NCBI RefSeq assembly: GCF_001997385.1
Contig: NZ_CP019633.1
Span: forward strand, 2,850,001-2,882,000
Direction: 5' to 3'
Source of the DNA: Sedimentisphaera cyanobacteriorum
Lineage (GTDB): Bacteria; Planctomycetota; Phycisphaerae; Sedimentisphaerales; Sedimentisphaeraceae
Length of the DNA: 32,000 nucleotides
Part shown: positions 1-9,141 of the stretch, piece after piece
Numbering within the stretch: the stretch's first letter is position 1
How the letters are laid out: each line of letters starts with the position of its first letter
Program-made: the position numbers and the translations under genes
Notes under the pieces: model-generated
What the model was told of the DNA's origin: nothing
Seen by the model: the letters and a program-made list of their open reading frames with translations, nothing else
The model's database searches: none

Positions 1-41
1 TCCTCTGAAATCTATCTTTACCCGTTTTAAGAAAAGATTGA

Positions 42-215
42 TTAAAGTGCGCGGGTGGGCTTGCGCTTATTCCGGCGGCGGTTCTTCTCAGATGGTTTTT
101 CGTAGTAGCTGTGGCGCTTCATATCACGGATGAGCCCCTCTTTTTCGCACATCTTCTTGAATCTCTTAACCATCTGCTGAACTGATTCGCCAGCCCTCGC
201 TTTAACTTTGATCAT
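42..215 (-). CDS. rpsU: 30S ribosomal protein S21 (57 aa, below ORF-track cutoff)
   Basis: Manual reverse translation gives MIKVKARAGESVQQMVKRFKKMCEKEGLIRDMKRHSYYEKPSEKNRRRNKRKPTRAL. The RFKK-CEKEG...YYEKPSE core and basic tail are typical of bS21. An AAGGA-like RBS lies upstream on the minus strand. Confidence 0.85.
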   Translation of the reverse strand: MIKVKARAGESVQQMVKRFKKMCEKEGLIRDMKRHSYYEKPSEKNRRRNKRKPTRAL

Positions 216-768
216 ATAAATCTTTTCCTTTCAATCTAACGGAAATACTAAAAAATAAACTTCAGATATAAACTGAGAACGACGATTTATAAATCATATT
301 CATAAAAAATCAAGCTTTTTCTGCTGCTCAGCGTAATTTTTTCACTAATCAATTGTTTTTGCCCCATTTTACGCAGCGAAAATATTTTTCATATTACAGT
401 ACCGCCCGCTGTGGCGGACCCGCTAATTATTCATTGCGAAATAATTTCACGCACCACAGCGGAGCGACGCAAGTCGCCCGCTAAGCTTACGCTCCGAAAA
501 GATTTCCCGTGTGCCGTCGGTTCTTCACGTTTCGCTTCGTTAGCGGGGCACTTGCGTGCCTCCGCTGTGTCCCCCCGGTTCTTCAGCCATTCCCTCCATT
601 CTTCCGCTGTTCGTATCCATGAAATCCTCATATACTGGGGACTAATCACGACTGAGCACGAAAAAACACTTGAAGAGCCTCGCAAAATTAAAAAATCTCA
701 TCTTTTCGCTGTTTTAACAGCTTTTAAACTTGAAACTCGCCCCTGGATTTGCTAAATTAAATCCTGTA

Positions 769-803
769 GTATTCTTTTCGCAAGCGTATTGCGGGAAGAA
801 TGC
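769..803 (+). other. Plus-strand RNA hairpin in the long leader upstream of 956..1738
   Basis: GUAUUCUUUUCGCAA / UUGCGGGAAGAAUGC forms a 15-bp stem with a 5-nt loop. Three pairs are G-U wobbles on the plus strand, which would be C-A mismatches on the minus strand. It is statistically borderline once wobble pairs are allowed. Confidence 0.3.
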
Positions 804-955
804 TGAAATTGAGTATCCGGCTTTGAGCCCCTGCTTAGCTGCCTAACAGGGAATCGGGTTGTGATATTCGGTTTCAAATCTAAAACTTTATTTTTGTATC
901 GGGGCACGGTGCCCCGGGAAAAAGAATTACTAATTTTTATGGAAAGGTTTTTCAA

Positions 956-1738
956 ATGAAAAATTGTTTCTTTGCATTGCTCGCAGTTGCTGCTGTTGCT
1001 ATGGCAGGGTCGGTTACATTCGATGCTGTTGATAACGGCGACGGCACTGCAACTATCAGCTACACAGCGGATGCTGCTGTAGTAGGGTTCGCTCTGGATG
1101 TTGATTCAGACGTGAGCGTAACTGACGTTACTATTCCTTCATTCTTCGATGTTTTCATGGACTACGCCAACGAAGAGGGCGAAAGCTATGTTTACGGCGA
1201 AGGCAGCCCGATCGCTTATCAGGACGCTGCAGGCACTAATGCTCTGCCATGCGTTTCTTTCTGCATAAGTGCCGGCGGTCTTGAAGACGACGAAACAGAC
1301 GTACCTTCTACTTCTGGCGACATCGTTGTAACTACAGGTGGCGCGGCAACCGTTACACTTGGCGAAAATGCTCTCCGCGGCGGCGTTGTTGATTATGATG
1401 GTGCTATGGACACTAACCTGCCCATCACTTTCGATATCACCGACGGCGGCGGCGAACCAATTTGCTACGGCGACATCTGGGACGGTGGCGAAGGCGCTCC
1501 TGGTTCAGACGGACAGATCGACACTGCAGATATGAACTATCTGATGCAGCAGCTTGGTATGGCTGGAGCACCTTATGTTATCGCTGACCCCGCAGCTCAA
1601 GGAATTGAAGCAGCCGATATGTGGGATGGATCTAATGGAGAGCCCGGACAGGATGGCCAAGTTGATACTGCTGATATGAACTATATGATGCAGCAGCTTG
1701 GTATGGCCGGCGCACCTTACGTTATCCCATGCGAGTAA
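956..1738 (+). CDS. Secreted protein with two C-terminal dockerin-like (EF-hand type) repeats
   Basis: N-terminal signal peptide MKNCFFALLAVAAVAMAGS. Two repeats carry the loop DGQ(I/V)DTADMNY(L/M)MQQLGMAGAPYVI. A GAAAGG RBS-like run lies upstream. Confidence 0.75.
   Translation: MKNCFFALLAVAAVAMAGSVTFDAVDNGDGTATISYTADAAVVGFALDVDSDVSVTDVTIPSFFDVFMDYANEEGESYVYGEGSPIAYQDAAGTNALPCVSFCISAGGLEDDETDVPSTSGDIVVTTGGAATVTLGENALRGGVVDYDGAMDTNLPITFDITDGGGEPICYGDIWDGGEGAPGSDGQIDTADMNYLMQQLGMAGAPYVIADPAAQGIEAADMWDGSNGEPGQDGQVDTADMNYMMQQLGMAGAPYVIPCE
1469..1726 (+). repeat. Intragenic tandem duplication encoding the two dockerin-like modules (1469..1582 and 1613..1726)
   Basis: The two 38-codon units are GDIWDGGEGAPGSDGQIDTADMNYLMQQLGMAGAPYVI and ADMWDGSNGEPGQDGQVDTADMNYMMQQLGMAGAPYVI. 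Confidence 0.8.
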
Positions 1739-1788
1739 CTAAGGTTTATTAACTATTAACTAAAAGTTTTATATTAGGAGTTTCTAAA

Positions 1789-2310
1789 ATGAAAAAATTT
1801 GTATTATTGTCTGCAATTCTCGTTGCAACTGTGGCTTTCGGTGCTGCGAGCTGGGATATTACAGGCGGCTCTTGGAATGAAAGCCTTCAGGCATGGGATA
1901 TTGTTCAGGGTGCAACAGTTACACTGACTTTGTCTGATGATGCTACTATTAATGGTGGCGGAATGTCTTTTGTTGGTACAATAGAAGACGGCGACTATGT
2001 TGATGGATCTTTTACTGACATCAAAACACCTATGTTCTCCAATAGCAGTGTAGCTCAGGTAGGCGAATCTATTGAAGTATCTTATGATTCTACAGTAGGA
2101 TTCGGCGTTGAGCCAGGTGATGTCTTCTCTATTGATTTCATTGCTAATGCACCTCTTGCTACAGAGCAGGGCGGGGCTTATTCAATTACATCTTCAGGTT
2201 CTTGGGCAACAAGCAATCCTGCTGATGTTGGCTACAACGTAGTTCCAGAGCCAATGACAATGGCCCTTCTCGGCCTTGGCGGCCTCTTCGTACGCCGTCG
2301 CAGCGCTTAA
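1789..2310 (+). CDS. PEP-CTERM sorting-domain protein
   Basis: Signal peptide MKKFVLLSAILVATVAFGAAS. The C-terminus VPEPMTMALLGLGGLFVRRRSA has the PEP motif, a hydrophobic helix and an Arg cluster. AGGAG RBS. Confidence 0.85.
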   Translation: MKKFVLLSAILVATVAFGAASWDITGGSWNESLQAWDIVQGATVTLTLSDDATINGGGMSFVGTIEDGDYVDGSFTDIKTPMFSNSSVAQVGESIEVSYDSTVGFGVEPGDVFSIDFIANAPLATEQGGAYSITSSGSWATSNPADVGYNVVPEPMTMALLGLGGLFVRRRSA

Positions 2311-2512
2311 TTAACTTTGAGCGTTGACCCCGACATTGAAACGAGGCGGAGCGGTCTTGTTGGCCGCTTCGCTTAACCGATGAGTTCGGTGTTCGTTTCA
2401 GAATTTGGGAGATGACAGGCCGAATCGCACAGGCAGCTTTCAGCGAATCGGCAGGTCTGACAGGCTTGTTGGGGCAATCGAAAACGTTAATTTTTAGCGG
2501 GAGTTAATAATT

Positions 2513-3205
2513 ATGAAAAAAATAATCACTTTGCTGGCAGTAGTTAGCGTGTGCTCTATGGCTATGGCCTTGAGCGTATCTAACGAAACCACATGGACAG
2601 CTCTCCCGGACGAAGCTCAAACTGACCTTACTCTTGATAAGTTCGATACCTCTCAGGGCAGCCTTACCGGCATTACCCTCGAGGTTGGAACCAGAACTCT
2701 CAACGCAGAAGTTCAGCTTGATAACGATTCTACTGAACCCCAAACGGGCACAGGTAAAGTTCTCAATACTATAACCTTCAGCTCATCTGTTTCAACTGTT
2801 GACAGCAGCTTTCAGGCTATCACAGGCGCTGATATCAGCGTTAACGAAACACAGGCTTTCGAGCTTGAAGCTACATCAGGAGATCCTGTAGGCGAGTTCA
2901 ACATAACAACCGGAGACGACTACGCAGACTGGCTCCCTGGACAAATTGAGAAATACGTTATTCAGGAAATAGCTAGCGCTGTTTTCGGACAGTATGAAGC
3001 TTCTGCCGGCGATGAGGAATTCACTTTGAGTTTTACTCCAAGTATGCTTACCGGAGCTACATTTGAAGGCGAAAACGGCCACTTCGAAGGCTCAAGCCCA
3101 AATGCTCAAGGCTTCGCTAAGGTAACTTACGAGTATATCCCAGAGCCCATGACAATGGCACTTCTCGGTCTTGGCGGCCTCTTCGTACGCCGTCGCAGCG
3201 CATAA
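2513..3205 (+). CDS. PEP-CTERM sorting-domain protein, N-terminal part unrelated to 1789..2310
   Basis: It has a signal peptide and the same IPEPMTMALLGLGGLFVRRRSA tail. The LDKFDTSQGSLTGITLEV segment resembles the start of 'choice-of-anchor' type domains seen in PEP-CTERM proteins, but this is tentative. GGGAG RBS. Confidence 0.85.
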   Translation: MKKIITLLAVVSVCSMAMALSVSNETTWTALPDEAQTDLTLDKFDTSQGSLTGITLEVGTRTLNAEVQLDNDSTEPQTGTGKVLNTITFSSSVSTVDSSFQAITGADISVNETQAFELEATSGDPVGEFNITTGDDYADWLPGQIEKYVIQEIASAVFGQYEASAGDEEFTLSFTPSMLTGATFEGENGHFEGSSPNAQGFAKVTYEYIPEPMTMALLGLGGLFVRRRSA

Positions 3206-3233
3206 CGCGTTAGACCCAAGCTTTAACGAAAAT

Positions 3234-3266
3234 CGGGGCGTTTGAAAAAACGTCCCGTTTTTTTTT
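3234..3266 (+). terminator. Rho-independent terminator after the PEP-CTERM gene pair
   Basis: CGGGGCG / CGTCCCG forms a 7-bp stem (one G-U pair) with a 10-nt loop, followed by T9. Confidence 0.7.
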
Positions 3267-3617
3267 GTTTCGAATCTTCTTTCCAAGGTTCCTTCCATTT
3301 ATATCAGCAAAGCGTATTCTGCCGTGCCAGAGAATACCGCTTGATATTTCAAACCGCTAATCTGCACTAATTTTTCACTAATGGATATCATATCTGCTTG
3401 CATTAAGTAAAAAAATATCCGCTTTTTGCTGCCTGATTTTCAGCTGCGTGGCGGTGGAGAATGAAATTAAATTCGAGATAATTTGAAGTTTCGTTTTCAC
3501 TGCGGCGTAATTGTCTTGAATCTTGAGTTCTCTTGCATATACTTCTAAAATTCGCTATAACATAGCGTAACGTGATATAAGCTGTCTGATTAAGCAAATA
3601 TCGGAGACAAGAGATAA

Positions 3618-5723
3618 ATGAATATCGTAAGACTGTTTAAGAAAAGACGCCATACCATAATGGTTTGGCTGTTGGTATTGATAATGATAGCCTTCCTTGG
3701 TGGAACTGCGCTTCAGCAGGTTCTCTCCTCCCGCGGCCCGAGCAGGAAGGTTGTGGCCGTGTTCGCCGACGGAACGGAGATCCGCGCTAAAGACAGGGTG
3801 GCAGCGGCAAATGAGCTTGAAGTCCTCCGCGCTGTAGGCGGCGGGCGGCTGCTTCAACAGACCGGCCTCAACGGGCTGATAGCAGCGAACCTGCTGTTCC
3901 CGGACGGCGGAACGTCTTCAATGCTCGAAACACAGCTCAAGTATGCCGCTATGCAGGGCAACCTCACAGTGAGCGAGAAGGTTGTTGATAAGTTTTTCAA
4001 TGCAGAACAGATAGACCCAGTCTCTGCCTGGATGATGCTTAACAAAGAGGTGTACAAATATGGAGCTTCTGTTTCCTCAAAGAATGCACAGAAGCTGCTT
4101 GTCCAGTATATGGGAGACAGAGCCGGTACTATCATTAAAAGAGCAAGCCGTAAGATGCAAACGCCTCAGGAAGATATCGTGGAAGTGTTTGCAAAGATGC
4201 TCTCAGTTGTGAACTATGTGGATATGGCCGTTAGAAACAGCAACATAACGGCAAAAGACCTCGAGGCAGCAGCTGGATTCAAAAACGAGAAATTTTCCGC
4301 TCAGTACGTGAATTTCCCTGCAAGCAAGTACACCGACCAGGCGGGCGAGCCTTCTCAGGAACAAATGGAAGAGCTTTTCGAAAAGTATAAGAGCTTTACA
4401 GACCAGAGCTTCAGCAGCGACAACCCATACGGCTTTGGATACAAGATTGAAGACTGTGTAAAGCTGGACTATCTCATTGTTCAGAGTCAGGATGTTAAAG
4501 ATTCTGTCGAAAAGCCCACTGAGAGCGAAAAGGAAGAATATTATTCAGATAACAAATCTAAATACACCCAGCAGAAGCCGAAAAATCCGGAAGATGAAAA
4601 TTCTGAAAAGATTGAGGTAACTCAGCCCTATTCGAAGGTAATAAGGCAGGTTGAGAACGATATTATCAATATGCGCAAAGACGCCTTAATGAAGAAGATC
4701 TTTAACGACCTTGCCGATTTAATCGAGGCCGGCTATGAAAACAGGAATCCTTCAAATCTTTCCGGCGAAAAGCTTCAGGAGCTCTCCGGCAGCTATAAAC
4801 AGGCCGCTGAGGAGGTTAGCGAGAAGTACGGAATAAAGATCTATTCCGGCCGCACCGGCTGGCTCAGCAGAGAAAGGCTCACCTCAGACCGCAACCTCGG
4901 CAGGCTCTCGCTTTCTAAAGAGAGAAGGCTGCCGGTTAATATCGTAAAGCTAACATTTTCTGTGAAGGGCCTTGAAGCTGAGAACCTCAGCGAGTTCGAC
5001 CGCAAAACGCCGAAAATCTACGAAAATATCGGTCCGCTCGAGAATATGTGGCCGCAGAATAAGGCACTTATAAGGGTTGTGGACTTCAAAGAGTCTTATG
5101 TGCCCGAGGATATTGAGGTGGCATTCGAGATAACCGGCTCACTGATCAATGAAACAGATGCCCAGAAGGAATTCTACACCGTAAGGGACGAGGTTCGCGA
5201 AGACTTTAAAGACCTTGCAGGTATGGAAACAGCGGAGCAAAAGGCAAACGCATTCATTCAGTCCGCTGACGATAAGCCTTGGAGCGAGTTTTTGAAAGAT
5301 TACAACGAGGAAAACAGCACAAACCTTACGGTAAAGAAGCTCTCAGACAAATCCCGCATTTCTCAGCTCCAGCTCTACGAAACAAAGGTTAAAAGCGGGA
5401 TGCGTGCTTCCGGAAAGAGGGCTTATGTGAGTCTTCTCAAAGACCACAATCTTTACGAGGCGATGCACGGGATTGCAGGCGGGAATCTGCCAAACTCTGT
5501 TAAGGTGCCCTCGAAGAAAACTGTTTATGCTGTTGAGAACGTTGATATAACTCCTGCCCAGCCGCTCGAAGATAAAAAGGCCGAGGCAGACCGCATTAAA
5601 TCAGTTTATTCAGGCGAGGCTGCGCTTGTTTTCCTTAATCCGGAAAATCTTGTTTCAAGAACGGGATTTGAGTTTGCAGAAGACGAAGAACAGCAGACGC
5701 CCGAAGCTCAGAATGAAGGCTGA
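3618..5723 (+). CDS. Membrane-anchored periplasmic protein, possibly a PpiD/SurA-like chaperone (function uncertain)
   Basis: 701-aa ORF with a GGAGA RBS. It has a single N-terminal anchor VWLLVLIMIAFLGGTAL followed by a long soluble region. Its size and topology resemble PpiD-like proteins, but I did not see a parvulin signature. Confidence 0.5.
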   Translation: MNIVRLFKKRRHTIMVWLLVLIMIAFLGGTALQQVLSSRGPSRKVVAVFADGTEIRAKDRVAAANELEVLRAVGGGRLLQQTGLNGLIAANLLFPDGGTSSMLETQLKYAAMQGNLTVSEKVVDKFFNAEQIDPVSAWMMLNKEVYKYGASVSSKNAQKLLVQYMGDRAGTIIKRASRKMQTPQEDIVEVFAKMLSVVNYVDMAVRNSNITAKDLEAAAGFKNEKFSAQYVNFPASKYTDQAGEPSQEQMEELFEKYKSFTDQSFSSDNPYGFGYKIEDCVKLDYLIVQSQDVKDSVEKPTESEKEEYYSDNKSKYTQQKPKNPEDENSEKIEVTQPYSKVIRQVENDIINMRKDALMKKIFNDLADLIEAGYENRNPSNLSGEKLQELSGSYKQAAEEVSEKYGIKIYSGRTGWLSRERLTSDRNLGRLSLSKERRLPVNIVKLTFSVKGLEAENLSEFDRKTPKIYENIGPLENMWPQNKALIRVVDFKESYVPEDIEVAFEITGSLINETDAQKEFYTVRDEVREDFKDLAGMETAEQKANAFIQSADDKPWSEFLKDYNEENSTNLTVKKLSDKSRISQLQLYETKVKSGMRASGKRAYVSLLKDHNLYEAMHGIAGGNLPNSVKVPSKKTVYAVENVDITPAQPLEDKKAEADRIKSVYSGEAALVFLNPENLVSRTGFEFAEDEEQQTPEAQNEG

Positions 5724-5768
5724 TGCAGGCCTTTTCTCAGGGAGCGGTCTTTAATTCAGGAGCGTAAA

Positions 5769-6212
5769 TTGGCTCAAAAAAATTCAACACTGGCCGACAG
5801 GATTATGTTTGCCGCATCAGTTGCACTGGTAGGCTGGGTTGTACCCGGCGGCGGGTATTTTCTGGTAAGGCAGAAGAAGAAAGCCGCTGCGATATTCATA
5901 AGCCTTACTCTGCTTTTCGCTGCGGGGCTCTATATCGGCTCGATAGGCGTTATCGACAGGGTGAATTCTATATGGTGGTATTATCCGCAGATGATTTTCT
6001 CGCCCGTTGTGGCGTTTATAGGCAATATTACTGCTTCCGGAGAATACCCTGTTTACGGAAAGCCTGCTGAAATAGGCCAGCTTTATACGGGCCTTGCAGG
6101 GCTGCTTAATCTGATTTGCATATTCAAGGCTTCTGCTGTTGCCCTCCACGGCGACGGAGCTTTCAATAAACCCGAAAAGCAGAACAAAGATGCCGGAAAG
6201 GGGGAAAAATGA
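5769..6212 (+). CDS. Hypothetical integral membrane protein (TTG start)
   Basis: AGGAG lies 6 nt upstream of the TTG. There are several hydrophobic helices and a Lys-rich C-terminal tail. Confidence 0.65.
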   Translation: MAQKNSTLADRIMFAASVALVGWVVPGGGYFLVRQKKKAAAIFISLTLLFAAGLYIGSIGVIDRVNSIWWYYPQMIFSPVVAFIGNITASGEYPVYGKPAEIGQLYTGLAGLLNLICIFKASAVALHGDGAFNKPEKQNKDAGKGEK

Positions 6213-6436
6213 TAGCTTCTTTCACCGCCCCAATCGATATCAGCTGCAATCCGCAGCAGTTTCTCTGGGCGATTCCTCTTCTGGTTATCGTTTGCTTTGT
6301 TGTAAGGCTCGAGAAGAATACCGTATTCGACGGGGCGAAGATTTTCAAGGAAACCCTGCGGCTCTCGCTCTGCGCAGCGGGGGTTATGGTGCTTCTGGCA
6401 CTGATAATCTTCGGCATAGTGGAATTATTCTGCTGA
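6209..6436 (+). CDS. Small hypothetical membrane protein, translationally coupled (ATGA overlap)
   Basis: 75 aa with two hydrophobic helices. Its start overlaps the upstream stop. Competing ORFs in other frames are Arg/Ser-rich and look spurious. Confidence 0.45.
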   Translation: MIASFTAPIDISCNPQQFLWAIPLLVIVCFVVRLEKNTVFDGAKIFKETLRLSLCAAGVMVLLALIIFGIVELFC

Positions 6437-6467
6437 TTCGGGTTTCTTTCGGAGAGTCCGTGCGAAA

Positions 6468-7613
6468 ATGAAAACAATCGATAAATACATATCCCGGAAT
6501 TTTTTCGCCGGATACATCATCTCTGCGGCTGTTCTTGTAGGCCTCAGGATGCTGATAGACCTTTTCGTAAACTTCGATGAGTTTGCTGAAACCGAAGGTC
6601 TCATCCCGATGCTTAACAATATATTCACTTTCTATGCAGTTCAAAGTGCTGTTTATTTCCGCGATTTTGCGGGTGTTATAGCGGTTTTCGCTGCCGCCTT
6701 CACGCTCGGACGTATGACAAGGGATAATGAGCTTGTGGCAATAATGGCCTCGGGCATAAGCCTCAAACGCGTGATAGCCCCTATACTTGCCGCCGCTGCA
6801 CTGATGACTGGCCTTCTTGTGATCGATCAGGAGTTGATAATCCCGGGCTATGCTAATATGATTGTCCGCTCACACGACAGCATAAATGAGGCAAGTCAGA
6901 TGTCTGTGGAATGCCTTGCAGACAGCTCGGGGAATATTGTTTATGCGGGCAGTTTCTCCGAAGCCGATAAAAATATGAAAGACCTCACAGTAGTGTTGAG
7001 CCCCGAAGAAGACGACGAAAATACAGCTGAGGGCTGGATTAAGGCTGATATGGCCGTGTATAAGGGCAAAGGCGAATGGAAGCTGTACACTAAGGCCGGC
7101 ACGGACGAAGACGGCAAAACGCTCTATAAGCAAGGAACAGAGATTGAGCTTTTCAGCAAAGAATCCGGAAGCAGGATCGATACCACGAAAAAAATGGTTT
7201 ACAGCTACAATACCGACCTCACCCCGGAAACCATCCCTGTGCGGAACAAGCAAAAAAATATCGACCTGCTAAGCTCTGCCCAGCTTGCACGCCTTGCTGA
7301 GAGCGGGGCGAGAGTGCGAGACAGGGCAAGGCTCTATGTGCAGAGGTATTCGCGGTTTACTGATCCGATTATCAATTTCGTGATGCTGATGGTGGCTCTG
7401 CCTGTGCTGGTGTGCAGGGACAAAAAGCAGATGAAGTTTGCGGCATTAAAGAGCTTCAGCATTACCGCCGCCTGCTTTATATTCACCTTCGCCTGCAAAA
7501 TAGTGGCAACGGAACCGATTATGGGAAAAATAATGCCTGATTTCTGGGCAGCACTGCCCGTTATTGTGTTTATGCCTGTAGCGGTGGTTGAGATGAGCTC
7601 AATAAAAACTTAG
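6468..7613 (+). CDS. LptF/LptG-family LPS export permease (YjgP/YjgQ)
   Basis: The N-terminus MKTIDKYISRNFFAGYIISAAVLVGLRMLIDLFVNFDEF is the family signature. The architecture is 3 TM, a periplasmic domain, then 3 TM, in 381 aa. Confidence 0.8.
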   Translation: MKTIDKYISRNFFAGYIISAAVLVGLRMLIDLFVNFDEFAETEGLIPMLNNIFTFYAVQSAVYFRDFAGVIAVFAAAFTLGRMTRDNELVAIMASGISLKRVIAPILAAAALMTGLLVIDQELIIPGYANMIVRSHDSINEASQMSVECLADSSGNIVYAGSFSEADKNMKDLTVVLSPEEDDENTAEGWIKADMAVYKGKGEWKLYTKAGTDEDGKTLYKQGTEIELFSKESGSRIDTTKKMVYSYNTDLTPETIPVRNKQKNIDLLSSAQLARLAESGARVRDRARLYVQRYSRFTDPIINFVMLMVALPVLVCRDKKQMKFAALKSFSITAACFIFTFACKIVATEPIMGKIMPDFWAALPVIVFMPVAVVEMSSIKT

Positions 7614-7674
7614 AAAATTCAAAGCAATTTCCGTGAAACAGCAGTTTGAACAATAGAACTGCCTAAAGGTTTTA

Positions 7675-7703
7675 TTGACAGGCAAGCGGTTGCAGGTTAT
7701 CTT
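7675..7703 (+). promoter_or_regulatory. Candidate sigma70-type promoter for the UDP-glucose dehydrogenase gene
   Basis: TTGACA, a 17-nt spacer, then TATCTT, about 60 nt upstream of the GTG start. Confidence 0.3.
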
Positions 7704-7763
7704 TATCAGCACGGTTTTTATTGAATGATTTAACGGCATTTCCAATTACGATTAGGAGCAAAA

Positions 7764-9059
7764 GTGAAGATATCAGTTGTCGGTGTCGGATATGTAGGGC
7801 TTGTAGCAGCGGCCTGCCTTGCAGAAGGCGGGAACAACGTAATATGCGTTGATAAAGACGGAAACAAGATTGAAGGGCTGAAGAAGGGGGTAATCCCGAT
7901 ATACGAGCCCGGACTCGAGGAGCTTGTAGAGCGGAACACTGAGGCGGGCAGGCTCGAATTCACCACGGATATCGCCTACGGCGTTCAGAATTCCGGCGTA
8001 ACGTTTATCGGCGTTGGAACGCCGAGCAGTGCGGACGGCTCGGCTGATATATCTGCTGTGAAAGCGGTATCCGAGGCCATCGCAAAGTATATGACAGGCC
8101 GGCATGTAATCGTTACCAAAAGCACCGTCCCTGTGGGAACGCATAAGGTGGTTTCGGACATCATCAAAGCCAATACGAACCACCCATTCGATTATGTAAG
8201 CAATCCTGAATTCCTGAAGGAGGGCTCTGCTGTGCAGGACTTCCTCAAGCCGGACAGGGTGATAATAGGGACAACCAAAACTGAAATCTTCGAGCTGATG
8301 ACGAATATTTACGCCCCGTTTATGCGTAAATCCAGCAGGATGATTTTTGTGGACCCGGCTAGCGCAGAGATGGCTAAATACGCCGCAAACGCTATGCTCG
8401 CAACCAGAATTACGTTTATGAACGAGCTTTCAGGTCTGTGTGAGCAGTTTGGGGCGGATATCGAGAAGGTTCGAATCGGGATCGGTTCGGATTCAAGGAT
8501 CGGCAAGGAATTCCTCTTTGCAGGCCTCGGCTATGGCGGAAGCTGCTTCCCGAAAGACGTGAAGGCTCTTGCGTATATGGGGGATGAGCAGGGCATTGAG
8601 ATGACTATCGCCAAATCTGTGCAGGCTGCAAACTACCGCCAGCAGGACAGATTCGCTGAGAGGATTATAGAATACTGCAAAGAAAACGGCCTAACCCAGA
8701 TAGCCGCTTGGGGGCTCGCTTTCAAGGCCAAAACAGACGACATCAGAGAGTCGCCGGCTGTCAGATGCCTTCATAAAATTATCGAAGCAGGCATCAAGGT
8801 TAAGGCGTTCGACCCGGAGGCGATGGAAAACGCATCAAGAGAGCTTGGCAAGGCGGTTGAGATGTGCGAGGATGCATACCAGACGCTCGAGGGCTCCGAT
8901 GTGATGGCAGTGCTTACCGACTGGCAGGAATTCAGATCGCCGGACTTTGATACTATCAGAGAAAAACTCTCACGGCCTGTAATCTTCGACGGCCGAAACC
9001 TCTACAGCCCCGACTTCGTCGCCGGCTGCGGCATCGAATACCACAGCATAGGACGATAA
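7764..9059 (+). CDS. ugd: UDP-glucose 6-dehydrogenase
   Basis: Rossmann start MKISVVGVGYVGLVAAACLAEGGNNVICVD, then IPIYEPGLEELV, and the catalytic Cys context GYGGSCFPKDV. GTG start preceded by AGGAG. Confidence 0.9.
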   Translation: MKISVVGVGYVGLVAAACLAEGGNNVICVDKDGNKIEGLKKGVIPIYEPGLEELVERNTEAGRLEFTTDIAYGVQNSGVTFIGVGTPSSADGSADISAVKAVSEAIAKYMTGRHVIVTKSTVPVGTHKVVSDIIKANTNHPFDYVSNPEFLKEGSAVQDFLKPDRVIIGTTKTEIFELMTNIYAPFMRKSSRMIFVDPASAEMAKYAANAMLATRITFMNELSGLCEQFGADIEKVRIGIGSDSRIGKEFLFAGLGYGGSCFPKDVKALAYMGDEQGIEMTIAKSVQAANYRQQDRFAERIIEYCKENGLTQIAAWGLAFKAKTDDIRESPAVRCLHKIIEAGIKVKAFDPEAMENASRELGKAVEMCEDAYQTLEGSDVMAVLTDWQEFRSPDFDTIREKLSRPVIFDGRNLYSPDFVAGCGIEYHSIGR

Positions 9060-9090
9060 AATCAAAGGCTGGTTGTAGCATCTATCCATC

Positions 9091-9120
9091 CCCCGCTTCA
9101 GCATGTGAGCTCAAGCGGGG
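9091..9120 (+). terminator. Hairpin between the convergent genes ugd and 9142..9975
   Basis: CCCCGCTT ... AAGCGGGG forms an 8-bp GC-rich stem followed by a weak GTGTTTGGTTT tail. Confidence 0.45.
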
Positions 9121-9141
9121 AGGTGTTTGGTTTCGGTGCGA

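Noticed and set aside
411-955. ORFs 411..755 (+), 431..685 (-) and 752..955 (-) in the rpsU/dockerin-gene intergenic region.
   Set aside because: They overlap each other on both strands. They are Arg/Ser/Pro-rich, have no RBS and have odd composition. The region is better read as a non-coding leader.
335-3382. Shared motif AATTTTT(T)CACTAAT at 335..349 and 3369..3382, considered as a possible promoter element.
   Set aside because: A 13- to 14-nt A/T-rich match with one indel is within chance expectation for all-against-all comparison in 32 kb on both strands. Its position relative to the downstream genes is also inconsistent (about 600 nt versus about 235 nt).
6139-6644. ORFs 6139..6471 (+), 6163..6477 (-), 6384..6644 (-) and 6425..6628 (-) around the 5769/6209/6468 gene junctions.
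   Set aside because: They overlap better-supported hydrophobic membrane ORFs and the LptF/G start. Their composition is Arg/Ser-rich and they show no coupling signals.
7730-8506. Minus-strand ORFs 7730..7966, 7773..8183, 7985..8173 and 8309..8506, inside the UDP-glucose dehydrogenase gene.
   Set aside because: They are antisense to a very confidently identified gene and have no independent support.
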